DNA of 64,000 nucleotides from an uncultured Chthoniobacterales bacterium (GTDB lineage Bacteria; Verrucomicrobiota; Verrucomicrobiia; Chthoniobacterales; JAATET01): NCBI GenBank assembly GCA_964247025.1, contig CAXTSM010000001.1, positions 25,310 to 89,309 of the forward strand, read 5' to 3'. Shown piece by piece: positions 28,132 to 38,500 of this stretch (position 1 is its first letter; each line of letters starts with the position of its first letter). The notes under the pieces were generated by a model. It saw only the letters and a program-made list of their open reading frames with translations, ran no database searches and was not told where the DNA came from. The position numbers and the translations under genes were made by a program.

Positions 28132-29292
28132 ATGCCAAGCGAATCCCTGTCCAGCCTGCACGAAGGCCCCTTCGACCCGGCGGCCGTGCGCGGCGTGGCG
28201 GAGCGTATTCGCACCGGCCTGAGCGGGCCGGCCACGGTCGCCTTCGCGTTCGTCACGCCCGATTACCTGCCGCACCTCGAGGAGTTCGCGGACACGATCC
28301 GCGTCGACGGCCACGCGCTCGAGCTGGTCGGCTGCACGGGAAACGGCCTCATTTTCGACGCCGAGGAGCACGAGGGCGGCAGCGGGTTCTCGATCCTCGC
28401 CCTGCGCGCCGACGATACCCGGGTCTCCATTCACCCGCTCCCGAACTCGCTCGTGGAGAGCGCCGAGGATGGGAAATTCTGGCGCTCGCGCCTGCCCGCC
28501 GCCGAGGGCTGGCTCGTGCTCACGAATCCCTTCGGCTTCGGCGTCGACGACTGGCTCACGGACTGGAACGCGGCCTTCCCCGGCGTGCCCACGATCGGCG
28601 GCCTGGCCAGCGGCGGGCGCGGCGAGGAAACCATCGCCGTCTTCCACAACGGCCGCGTGATCGACGGCGGCATCGCGATCGGTTTCTCCGGCGCGCTGCG
28701 CATCGTCGCCGCCATCAGCCAGGGTTGCCGGCCCATCGGCGAGCCGCTCCCCGTCACGAAGGCGGAGGACAACATCATCTTCGCGCTCGGCTCGCGACCG
28801 GCCTACCAGGCGCTCGAGTCCGCCTTCCAATCGCTCTCGGAGGCCGAGCGCTCGCACGCGCAGGGCAACCTTTTCGCCGGCATCGCGGGCACGGAATACG
28901 TCGAGGATTTCCGCCCCGGCGACTTCCTCATCCGCAACATCATCGGCGCCGATCCCGACTCCGGCGCAGTCGTCATCGCGGGCATTCCGCGCGTGGGCCA
29001 GACGGTGCAATACCAGCTCCGCGACAAGGAATCGGCGGACGCCGACCTCCGCCGCGTCCTGCGCGCCGCCGCGAAGGCCAAGGGCCGCCCGGTCGCCTCG
29101 CTCCTCTTCAGCTGCACGGGCCGCGGCTCGGATTTCTTCGGCGCGGAGGGCCACGACGCCGGCCTGCTCGAGGAAATGGTCGGCCGCCACAGTTCGGCCG
29201 GATTTTTTTGCAACGGCGAGATCGGCCCCGTGGCCGGGCGCAATTGCGTGCACGGCTACTCGGCGGCCTGCGCGATCTTCGTGGAAGGCTGA
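28132..29292 (+). CDS. FIST N/FIST C domain signal-transduction protein
   Basis: ATG at 28132 (the track TTG at 28081 is less likely). TIGGLASGG, ISQGCRPIG, LFAGIA and a C-terminal LLFSCTGRG...FFCNGEIGP are typical of FIST_C. Confidence 0.75.
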   Translation: MPSESLSSLHEGPFDPAAVRGVAERIRTGLSGPATVAFAFVTPDYLPHLEEFADTIRVDGHALELVGCTGNGLIFDAEEHEGGSGFSILALRADDTRVSIHPLPNSLVESAEDGKFWRSRLPAAEGWLVLTNPFGFGVDDWLTDWNAAFPGVPTIGGLASGGRGEETIAVFHNGRVIDGGIAIGFSGALRIVAAISQGCRPIGEPLPVTKAEDNIIFALGSRPAYQALESAFQSLSEAERSHAQGNLFAGIAGTEYVEDFRPGDFLIRNIIGADPDSGAVVIAGIPRVGQTVQYQLRDKESADADLRRVLRAAAKAKGRPVASLLFSCTGRGSDFFGAEGHDAGLLEEMVGRHSSAGFFCNGEIGPVAGRNCVHGYSAACAIFVEG

Positions 29293-29299
29293 CCGTGCC

Positions 29300-30409
29300 A
29301 TGGCCGGGAAACGAAAAAGGTCGCTCGGGATTTTTCTGCTGGTTGCCGCGGCCGCGGTGGGCGGCGGCACGTGGTTCGCGCTCTCGGGGCGGCCGGCCGG
29401 TCCAGGGCCCGGCGAGGTCCCGCCGAATCTCCTCGCGAAGGTCGAGCGGCGCGACATCGACTCGAAGCTGCTGCTCTCGGGCGAGGTGAAGCCCGCCTTC
29501 CAGGTCGACGTGAAATCCGAGGTGGGCGGCAAGATCAAGGAGCTCGACGTCGCCGTGAGCCAGCGCGTGAAACGCGGCGACCTGCTCGCCGTCATCGACG
29601 ATCGCGACCTGCTCACCGAGAAAAAATCCGCCCAGACCGTGATCGATGGCGCGCAGCTGAGCGTGGACAAGGACCAGGGCAATTACGACCGCGCCAAGGC
29701 CCTCTTCGACGAGAAACTCATCAGCCGGGAAGTCTACGCGAACCTCGAGGCCGACCTGCTCATCTCCAAGAACGCGCTTGAGCGGGCCCGCAGCCAGCTC
29801 GACTCCGTCAACGACCGGCTCAGCAAGACGCGCATCATCGCGCCCTCCGACGGCACCGTGCTCGACATTCCCGTGAACGAGGGCCAGGTCGTCACCGCCG
29901 CGGCGAGCGTGAACGACGGCACGACGCTCATGACCTTCGCCGATCTCAACCGCCTGTTGATCGAGACCCACGTGAACCAGATGGACGTCGCCAAGCTCAC
30001 GACCGGCGGCGAGGTCTCCGTGAACATGCAGGGCGACGACGCCCACGCCGTGCGCGCGCGCATCGAGTTCGTCGCGCCGCTCGCCACGGTCAAGAACAAC
30101 ATCAAGGGCTTCCTCGTCCAGGCGCTCATCGAGGACGTCAACAGCCCGCTCAAGCCCGGCATGTCCGTGAGCATGATGGTGCCCGTGGGCGCGGCCCGGC
30201 GCGCCGTGAGCGTGCCGCTGGCGGCCGTCTTCAAGCAGGACGCCGACCGCGTCGTCTACGTGCGCCGCAGCGGCTCCACCGAGCGACGCAAGGTGAACGT
30301 CGGCATCACGAACATGAGCTACGCCGAAATCACCGCGGGCCTCCGCGAGGGCGAGGAAATCCTGCTCGTCGAGCCGAAGGCTCTCCCGGTCGCGGCGCAT
30401 CCCTCCTAA
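29300..30409 (+). CDS. macA: Periplasmic adaptor (HlyD/MacA-type membrane fusion protein)
   Basis: N-terminal anchor, a lipoyl-like motif (VKSEVGGKIKELDVAVSQRVKRGDLLAVID), a coiled-coil hairpin, and TRIIAPSDGTVLDIPVNEGQVV. Confidence 0.85.
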   Translation: MAGKRKRSLGIFLLVAAAAVGGGTWFALSGRPAGPGPGEVPPNLLAKVERRDIDSKLLLSGEVKPAFQVDVKSEVGGKIKELDVAVSQRVKRGDLLAVIDDRDLLTEKKSAQTVIDGAQLSVDKDQGNYDRAKALFDEKLISREVYANLEADLLISKNALERARSQLDSVNDRLSKTRIIAPSDGTVLDIPVNEGQVVTAAASVNDGTTLMTFADLNRLLIETHVNQMDVAKLTTGGEVSVNMQGDDAHAVRARIEFVAPLATVKNNIKGFLVQALIEDVNSPLKPGMSVSMMVPVGAARRAVSVPLAAVFKQDADRVVYVRRSGSTERRKVNVGITNMSYAEITAGLREGEEILLVEPKALPVAAHPS

Positions 30410-30425
30410 GCCGCCGGCGCCCGTC

Positions 30426-31124
30426 GTGTCCCTCGTTCTCCTCGAAGACGTCAAAAAATACTACACCCTCGGCGGCCAGGAAATCCGGGCGCTCGACGGC
30501 GTGAATCTCCGCATCGAGGAGGGCGAGTTCGTCGCGATCATCGGCCCGAGCGGCAGCGGCAAGTCGACGCTCATGCACCTGCTCGGCTGCCTCGACACGC
30601 CGACCGCCGGCCGGCTGGAAATCTGCGGTCACGACCTCAGCCACGCCTCGTCCGACCAGCTCTCCCTCGTGCGCAACCGCGAGATCGGGTTCGTGTTCCA
30701 GTCCTTCAATCTCCTCCCCCGCCTGAACGTCCTCGAGAACGTCGAGGTGCCGCTGATCTATTCCGGCCTGGGCGCCCGCCGGCGCCGGGAAAAGGCGACG
30801 GAGGTCGTGCGCCGCGTCGGCCTCGAGGATCGCATCCGCAATCGGCCGACCCAATTGAGCGGCGGCCAATGCCAGCGCGTCGCCATCGCCCGCGCGCTCG
30901 TGAACGACCCGCGCATCCTGTTCGGCGACGAGCCGACGGGAAACCTCGACAGCCACACCGGCGAACTCATCCTGCAAATGTTCACCGAGCTGCAGACCTC
31001 CGGTCGCACGGTGGTGCTCGTCACGCACGATCCCGACGTCGCCGCCGTCACGCACCGCGTGATCGAAATTCGCGATGGAAAGATTCGCCGGGAATACGAC
31101 CCGCGCACCGCGCCGGCATCATGA
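30426..31124 (+). CDS. ABC transporter ATP-binding protein (MacB/LolD type)
   Basis: GTG start. Walker A GPSGSGKST, Q-loop, signature LSGGQCQRVAIARAL, Walker B ILFGDEPTGNLD, and the H-loop THD. Confidence 0.95.
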   Translation: MSLVLLEDVKKYYTLGGQEIRALDGVNLRIEEGEFVAIIGPSGSGKSTLMHLLGCLDTPTAGRLEICGHDLSHASSDQLSLVRNREIGFVFQSFNLLPRLNVLENVEVPLIYSGLGARRRREKATEVVRRVGLEDRIRNRPTQLSGGQCQRVAIARALVNDPRILFGDEPTGNLDSHTGELILQMFTELQTSGRTVVLVTHDPDVAAVTHRVIEIRDGKIRREYDPRTAPAS

Positions 31125-32452
31125 ACTTCTTCATCAGCCTGGAGACCGGCCTGCGCGAGATTTTCTCGCACAAGTTCCGCAGCTTCCTCTCGATGCTCGG
31201 CATCGTGCTCGGCGTCGGGAGCCTCATCGCGACGATGGCGCTCACCGGCGGCATGGAGCGCGGCATGCGCGCCTTCATGGAGCAGGTCGGCGGCCTCGAG
31301 ACCGTGAACGTGGTTCCGAAGGAGATCTCGAACGACCTCGTGAATTTCTACGACCTCTCGCCGGGCCGCACCCTGCAGGACGCCTACGCGATCCGGCAAT
31401 CCGCCCCGCTCATCTCCCAGGTCTCGCCCAATCTCGAGGACGGCATGCCCGTCTCCGCCGGCGCGGAGACGATGCGCGTGCGCGTGACGGGCGTCTGGCC
31501 CGATTATCTGGAAGTAGCCAAGCACGAACTCGCCACGGGAAGGTTCCTCACCCAGCTCGACGTCGACCGCGCCCAGCGCGCCGCCGTCATCGGCGACACC
31601 GTGGCCACCACGCTGTGGCCCACGCTGGCGGTGGAGGACGTCGTGGGCCAGACCATTTTCATCAACGACTCGCCCTTCACCGTCGTCGGCGTCTTCGTGC
31701 TTTACGAACGGGATCGTGACAAGATCGCCCGCGCCCGGGGCATCGATCAGGCGGAGAAAGACCGGCGCGCCCGCCGCGGATCGTCGGGCCAGCGCTGGGG
31801 CCCGTTTCGAGAAAAGAACGAGGGCGTCGTCATTCCGTTCACGACCATGTTTTACGAGTTCAAGTCCGGCCTTTTCCCCAACGACTCGTCCGACACCGTG
31901 GCGCTGGAAAACCTCCAGGTGCGCGTCGGCGACCTGAACACCTACGAGCAGGCGCTCGAACAGGTCCGCGCCGCGCTCCAGATCACGCACCGCGGCGTCG
32001 ACGACTTCGGCTTCGACACGAAGGAGGACTGGTTCGACCAGATGGAGCAGCGCATGCGGGCGACCCGCACGAGCGGCGGGCTGATCGCGGTCATCAGCCT
32101 CATCGTGGGCGGCATCGGCATCACCAATATCATGCTCGCGAGCATCACCGAGCGCGTTCGTGAGATCGGCATTCGTCGCGCCGTCGGAGCCCGCGGTCGC
32201 GACATCTTCCTGCAAATCATCATCGAAAGCGTCTCCATCGCGATCATGGGCGGTCTGCTCGGCGTGGTCGTTGGAATCGGCCTCGTGCAGCTCATCATGA
32301 TCCTCGCACCCGGGGACAGCGAACCCTTCATCTCCACCGCGAGCGTCGTGCTGAGCATCGGGTTCGCGGCCGCCGCCGGGATCCTGTCGGGGATCTATCC
32401 CGCCGTGCAGGCGTCCCGCCTCGATCCGATCCAGGCGCTCCGCTACGAATAG
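31121..32452 (+). CDS. ABC transporter permease, MacB-type (periplasmic domain plus FtsX fold)
   Basis: ATGA overlap with the ATPase gene. The start MNFFISLETGLREIFSHKFRSFLSMLGIVLGVGS is typical of MacB/FtsX permeases, and the C-terminal motif is RVREIGIRRAVGARGRDI. Confidence 0.9.
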   Translation: MNFFISLETGLREIFSHKFRSFLSMLGIVLGVGSLIATMALTGGMERGMRAFMEQVGGLETVNVVPKEISNDLVNFYDLSPGRTLQDAYAIRQSAPLISQVSPNLEDGMPVSAGAETMRVRVTGVWPDYLEVAKHELATGRFLTQLDVDRAQRAAVIGDTVATTLWPTLAVEDVVGQTIFINDSPFTVVGVFVLYERDRDKIARARGIDQAEKDRRARRGSSGQRWGPFREKNEGVVIPFTTMFYEFKSGLFPNDSSDTVALENLQVRVGDLNTYEQALEQVRAALQITHRGVDDFGFDTKEDWFDQMEQRMRATRTSGGLIAVISLIVGGIGITNIMLASITERVREIGIRRAVGARGRDIFLQIIIESVSIAIMGGLLGVVVGIGLVQLIMILAPGDSEPFISTASVVLSIGFAAAAGILSGIYPAVQASRLDPIQALRYE

Positions 32453-32474
32453 CGTATTTTCCTCGCGCAATCGG

Positions 32475-32532
32475 TTGACTTGAAGAGCAGCGTGCCCGAT
32501 ATTCTTAATGACGATTGATTTAATCGTTATTA
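32475..32532 (+). promoter_or_regulatory. Candidate sigma70-type promoter plus dyad operator (or 5'-UTR hairpin) of FHA-like gene 1
   Basis: TTGACT (32475-32480), 17 nt, GATATT (32498-32503). Then TAATGACGAT-tgattta-ATCGTTATTA (32506-32532) has 10-nt arms that pair fully if one G-U pair is allowed. It ends 7 nt before the GTG start at 32540. Confidence 0.5.
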
Positions 32533-32539
32533 AACTGCC

Positions 32540-35500
32540 GTGGCGCCGAATCTTCACCTCATCCGAACGCATGTCCGTCGTGGAATCACGCCGTTCCTGG
32601 CGCTGGCGCTGGCGTGCCCCGCGAACGCCGGGGACATCCTGCGGGGTGGCGCCACGTTTCGTCCCTCGGGCCGCACCGGCGGATCGGATGCCGGCGCCGG
32701 CGGCGCCGTTGCGGCGCAGACGCAGTCGAATTCCCGGGATCGCCTCGCGCGGACCAGCCAGGCGATGGACGCCATGCGGGCGCTTCAGAACGCCGCCCGC
32801 AATGCCGCGATCGCCCGCCGGGGCGGCCTGCTTTCGGGTTTGAACCCCGCGCGTCCGTCGACCCCGCTGCCCGGCGTGCCCGACGGGCTCGGCAAAGGCG
32901 GCCTCCAGCTCGCCGACGGCGTGCCGAAAAATCTCCGCCGACCGCAGGCGGGCGAGAATCCGGGACTCTGGATCGGCGCCGACCTTCCGGTGCAATCCGG
33001 CGGCGGCGGCGAACGCACGCAAGTCACGATCGTCCAAAACGAGCAACAGGCGCTCCTGAACTGGAAGACGTTCAACGTCGGAAAAAACACGACGCTCACC
33101 TTCGACCAGAGCGCGGGCGGCCGCGATAGCGGGAAATGGATCGCGTTCAACAAGATCAACGACCCGAGCGGGCGTCCATCGCAGATCCTCGGCTCCATCC
33201 AGGCCGACGGGCAGGTCTACGTCCTCAACCAGAACGGCATCATTTTCGGCGGCGCCAGCCAGGTCAACGTCCACGCCCTCGTCGCCTCCGCCCTCCCGAT
33301 CAACGACGGCCTCGTCGCCCGCGGGTTATTGAACAATCCGCAGGCGGAGTTTCTTTTCAGCGCGGTTCGCCAGGACGCCCTCGACCCGGAGCTGCCCACG
33401 CAGTCGCTCGCGCAGATCGTCGATCGCCGCAGCGCCCTCCGCCTGGAATTCACGCAGAAGGACGACACGGTGGTGACGCTCGTGTCCGGCGAGGATTTCA
33501 CGACCGAAGTAGACAAAAATCGCGTGACCTCCGTCGAGCTGACGCCGGCCGGGCGGGCGAAATTCACCAACCTCAAGGAAGGCACCTTCCGCGCGCGCTA
33601 CACCGCCCTCGGCGGGAACGTGCAGGTCGATGCCGGCGCCACGCTTTCCGCGCCCACGTCCCCGCAGAAGGTCGGTGGCCGCATCGCGCTCTTTGGAGCC
33701 GACGTCACGAACAACGGCGCGATCTTCACGCCGGACGGCCAGGCCATCCTCGCGGCGGGCCTTCAGGTCGGCCTGCTGCCTCATTTGACCGAGGATCCGA
33801 CCCTTCGCGGGCTGGACGTCATCGTCGGCGCGGTGAAGGATCCGAACTCCCGGCATCCCGGCCATGCGGGCGCCGCCGTCAATGGAGGGTTGATCGACTC
33901 GCCGCGCGGAAACATCACCATGACCGGGAAGAGCGTCCAGCAGAACGGCGTCATCGACAGCACGACCTCGGTTTCCCGAAACGGCCGGATCGACCTTCTC
34001 GCCAATTATGGCGCCATCACGAACCCCGCTTACGATCCGACCCAGCCGGCGCTCGGGCCGCAATTTCTCTACCAGTCGACCGGCCTCGTGACGCTCGGCG
34101 AGGGCAGCGTCACGCGCATCCTGCCGGAATGGGCCAGCGACGAAGAGTTCGCCGACACCACGCTCCCGCTCCGCTCGCAGGTCAACGCCCAGGGCCTGGC
34201 CGCGCATTTCGACCGCGACTCCCTCGTCTGGGCGCCGAACGCGGAGGTCGGCGTCCACGTCGGCCGATGGACGCAATTGCTCGACGGCGCGAACGACAAC
34301 CGGCAGACCTTCGGCCAATCCACCGGGCAAATCTACGTCGATCGCGGCGCGGCGATCGACGTCGCCGGATCCACCGCCGTCTCGGTGCCGCTCGCGGATA
34401 ACATCCTCGATCTCGAGCTCCGCGGCGCGGAACTGGCCGACTCTCCGCTGCAGCGCGACGGCGTGCTCCGGGCCGTGACGATCACCATCGACGCGCGCGA
34501 GGTCGGCGAGTTCAACGGCCGGGAATGGATCGGCACCCCGCTCGGCGACGCCCGCGGATTCATCGGCCTCATTCAACGGAACGTGGGGCAGCTCACCACC
34601 CAGGGCGGCAGCGTCGACCTGTCCGCCGGCTCCTCCGTCGTGCTCAGCCCCGGCTCGCGGATCGACGTCTCCGGCGGCTGGTCCCGCAACGAAGGCGGCC
34701 TCGTGCAAACCACCAAGCTCACGCAGGGCAGCCGGCTCGTTCCGATCGCGGAGGCCACGCCGGACCAGCTCTACGACGGCGTCTACGATCCGAAATTCAC
34801 GAGCGTCCACGCGAAATGGGGCATCGCGAGCACCTTCCGCCACGCCCTCGCCCTCACCGGCGAATACGACCAAGCCGCCTACGTCCAGGGCGCGGCCGGC
34901 GGCAGCATCTCCATCGTCGCCCCCGCGATGACGCTCGATGGGCAACTGACCGGCGCCACCGTGAACGGCCCGCGCCAGCTTCGGGAGACCGCGACCACCA
35001 GCCGCGCGGCCGCGCGCAGCACATTGGCGCTTCGGTTCACCGCGCAAAATCCCGCGCCGCTCTACGGGGAGCCGTTCTCCCCGGAAACGGCCTTCTCGCC
35101 CACCCCGCCGCGGATCGTCTTCAGCCCCGACGAGACCCAGCGGCCCGCCGCCGCCTTCGCGCTCGACGCGAACGGCCGAGCGCTCGACGACGCCACCGCG
35201 GACGATCCCTTCGCGCTTCGCGCCGACCGCGCCCGACGGCTCGTTCTTTCGCCGGACCTCCTCACCACCGCCGGCTTCGGCCACCTTTCCATCGACGACG
35301 GCGAGGGCGACATCGTCGTCCCCGCTTCCGTCACGCTGGCCGTCGCGCCCAAGGGCTCGATCACGCTCGACGCCCGCAACATCGACGTCCAGGGGCGCGT
35401 CACCGCCCCCGGTGGCAGCCTGAGCTTCACCGCGAACAACCTCTCGCCCTACCTTGCGGCCGAGCTGAACTCGCTCGCGCCGGACGACCGCGGCGCGGTC

Positions 35501-38500
35501 GAGCTACCCTTCGCCGATCCCGCGGCCGGCCGCTTCACCCTCGGCCCGACGGCTTCGCTCAGCACGGCCGGCTTCGTCGTGGACGACCGTCCGACGTCCG
35601 TCGACGCACGGTCGAAGCCGATCGTGCTCGAAGGCGGTGCCGTCGACATCACGGCCTACACCGCAAGCCTCGCCGCCGGCAGCGTCGTCGACGTCTCCGG
35701 CGGCCTGTTGCTCGACGCGCGATCCGCGGCGACGTTTGGCAACGGCGGCGGGATCTCCATCCGCGCGGGCCGCGACGCAAATTTCGCGTCTCTCCTGCCC
35801 CGGGCTTCGAAGGACAAACCGAAAAACCCAGGCACGTTCTTCGGTGGTCGCCTGAACCTCGACGGCGAGCTGCTCGGCTACTCCGCCGCTCGCGGCGGGC
35901 AGCTCGCTTTACAGGCGCCTTTCGTTCAGGTCGGCGGCGAGGCTTCCGCTCCGGGCACCCTGCTGCTTCAACCGGAATTTTTCAACCAGGGCGGATTCAC
36001 GAAATTCGCGCTGCAGGGCATCGGCGGCTCTGTCGAGACGCCGAACGGATCGAAGTATCTGCCCGCCATCGTCATCGCCGCGGACACCGTGCTCGCGCCC
36101 CGCGCCCGCAGCCTGTTCCTCGATCCCTTGGGCGGCGACAGCGGCGAATTGTCCCTCGCCCGCACGCTCCAGCCTCGCGGCGAACGTTCGCCCGTCAGCC
36201 TCGGTTTCACCGCCCAAAGCGTGAAGTCTTATCGTGACGGCGCGCTCCTGAGCCGCGGCGACATCGTGATGCAATCCGGCGCGGTGATCGACGTGGACCC
36301 CGAGGCGGGCGTTTCGTTCACCGGCGACACGGTCGCGATGCTCGGCTCGGTTTTCGCGCCCGCCGGGGCGATTTCCCTCGTTGGCGGCATCGATTCCCGG
36401 ACGATTTTCAATCTCGACGTCGAGACCGAGCGGCCCCTGGCGACGGTCTTCATCGGCTCCCGAAGCGTGCTCTCCGCGACCGGCGCGACGCTGCGCGAGC
36501 CCGATCCCTACGGCCGCCGGATCGGCCGCGTCCTGCCGGGCGGAAGCATCTCGGTCGCGGGCAACATCGTCGCGGCACCCGGCGCCCGGCTCGACGTCTC
36601 GGGCGCCCGCGGCATTCTCGATCTCTCCCCCTTCCAGGCCGACGCGACCGCCTCCCGCGTCGTCTCCGCGCGCAGCGGGCTCAACGCTCCGCTGCAAAGC
36701 CTGCAAACCGTGCGAGCCGCGGTCGAGACCGACGCCGGCACGATCAGCCTCGTTGGCGGCCAGGAACTCTTCACGAGCGCCGATCTCGTCGGCCGCGCCG
36801 GCGGAGCGTCCGCGCGGAACGGCACGCTCCTCATCTCGTCGTCGAGCTTCATCCCCGCCGAGCAGGCCGCGACCGCCAACGTGCTCGACCAGAAATTGAT
36901 CGTCCGCCAGACCGGCCTCGATTTCGCGGCCTCCTTGTCCGCCGACGGGAGCGCCATCGGCCGCGGCGTGCGCGACGAGGACGGCCAGCTGGTGCGCGGA
37001 AAAGGTTATTTCGCCGTCGAGGATTTTGCCCGGGGCGGCTTCGACTCCCTGGAGTTGAACGCCGTCGGCGGCACGGTGGCCTTCGAAGGCCCCGTGAACA
37101 TCGCCGCCCGCGGCAGCCTGAAGGTCGCGATCGCCGGCCTTGTTTCCGCCACCGACGACGTCCTCCTCGCCGCGTCCTACGTCGCGCTCGGCAAGCCCTT
37201 CATCCCGCCGCTGCTCCCCACGCAGGCCCCGCCGCCGCTGGACGACTCCGCAAATCCCATCAATCCCGTGCCGACCTTTGGTTCCGGCTCGCTCACGGTC
37301 GAGGCGGACCTCATCGACATCGGCCCGCTGTCGCTGCAAAACATCGGCCGCGCCGCCTTCATCGCGCGCGGCGGCGACATCCGCGGCTCGGGCACGCTCG
37401 ACATCGCGGGTCGGCTGCGTCTCGAGTCCGGCCAGATTTACACGCCGAGCGCCGAGCGCTTCACCGTCGTCGCCTACGATTACGCGAGCCCCGACGCCGC
37501 GCCGGGCGACAAATCGCATCCCGGCTCGATCCGCATCCTCGCCTCCGGCTCCCGCCAGCTCCCGCTCTCCGCCGGCGGCACGCTCAGCTTCTACGCGACG
37601 AACATCGACCAGTCCGGCGTGCTGCGCGCCCCGATGGGAACGATCAACCTCGGCTGGGACGGCACCGGCCCGAAACCCGTCGACGTCATCACCGGCGACA
37701 AGCTCCCCTTCCCGATCACCCGGCGTCTCGTCCTCGGCCCCCGCAGCATCACTTCCGTCTCCGCCGTCGATCCACTCACCGGCGAGGGCGCGCTCATCCC
37801 CTACGGCGTGAGCCTCGACGGAAATTCCTGGATCGATCCCGCCGGCACCGACATCACCGCCAGCGGCCTGCCGACCAAGAACGTCAACCTCGCCGGTCTC
37901 CGCGTCTCCACGGACGCCTCGTCGCAAGTCGACCTGCGCGGCGGTGGCGACCTCTACGCCTATCGCTGGATCAAGGGAAATGGCGGCACGCAGGATGTGC
38001 TCGCCCCGGATACGAGCTTCGCCGTGATCCCCGGCTACCAGGCCGACTACGCGCCCTACGCTCCTTTCAACGGCACCGCCGACGCCAAAAATCTCCGCGC
38101 CGACCCCTCCGAAGAAACCTCGAATCTCCCCGGCTACGTGAACGCCTCCCTCGCCATCGGCGACCGCGTCTATCTCGCCGCGAGCCGCGACCTCGCGGCC
38201 GGCGTCTACACGCTTCTGCCCGCCCGCTACGCGCTCCTGCCGGGCGCCGTGCTCGTCACTCCGCAGGCCGCCGCGCCGATCGGCACCCTCGCCCAGCCAG
38301 ACGGCTCCACCATCGTCTCCGGCTACCGCTTCAACGATCTCGGCCCTCGGCCGGCGCCATCGGTCTTCACCCGCTTCGAGGTTGCGCCGAGCTCCGTCGT
38401 GCGTTCGCGCTCGGAATACGCCGACTTCTCGGCCAATGAATTCATCGCGCAAAAGGCGGTCGAATCCGGCCGCCGCGTCCCGGTCCTGCCATCCGACTCC

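Noticed and set aside
29300-32452. MacAB-type efflux genes as part of the FHA/TPS system
   Set aside because: The only link is adjacency. The FHA gene has its own -35/-10/dyad region in the 87-nt gap, and MacAB systems are common stand-alone efflux modules. There is insufficient evidence to merge them.
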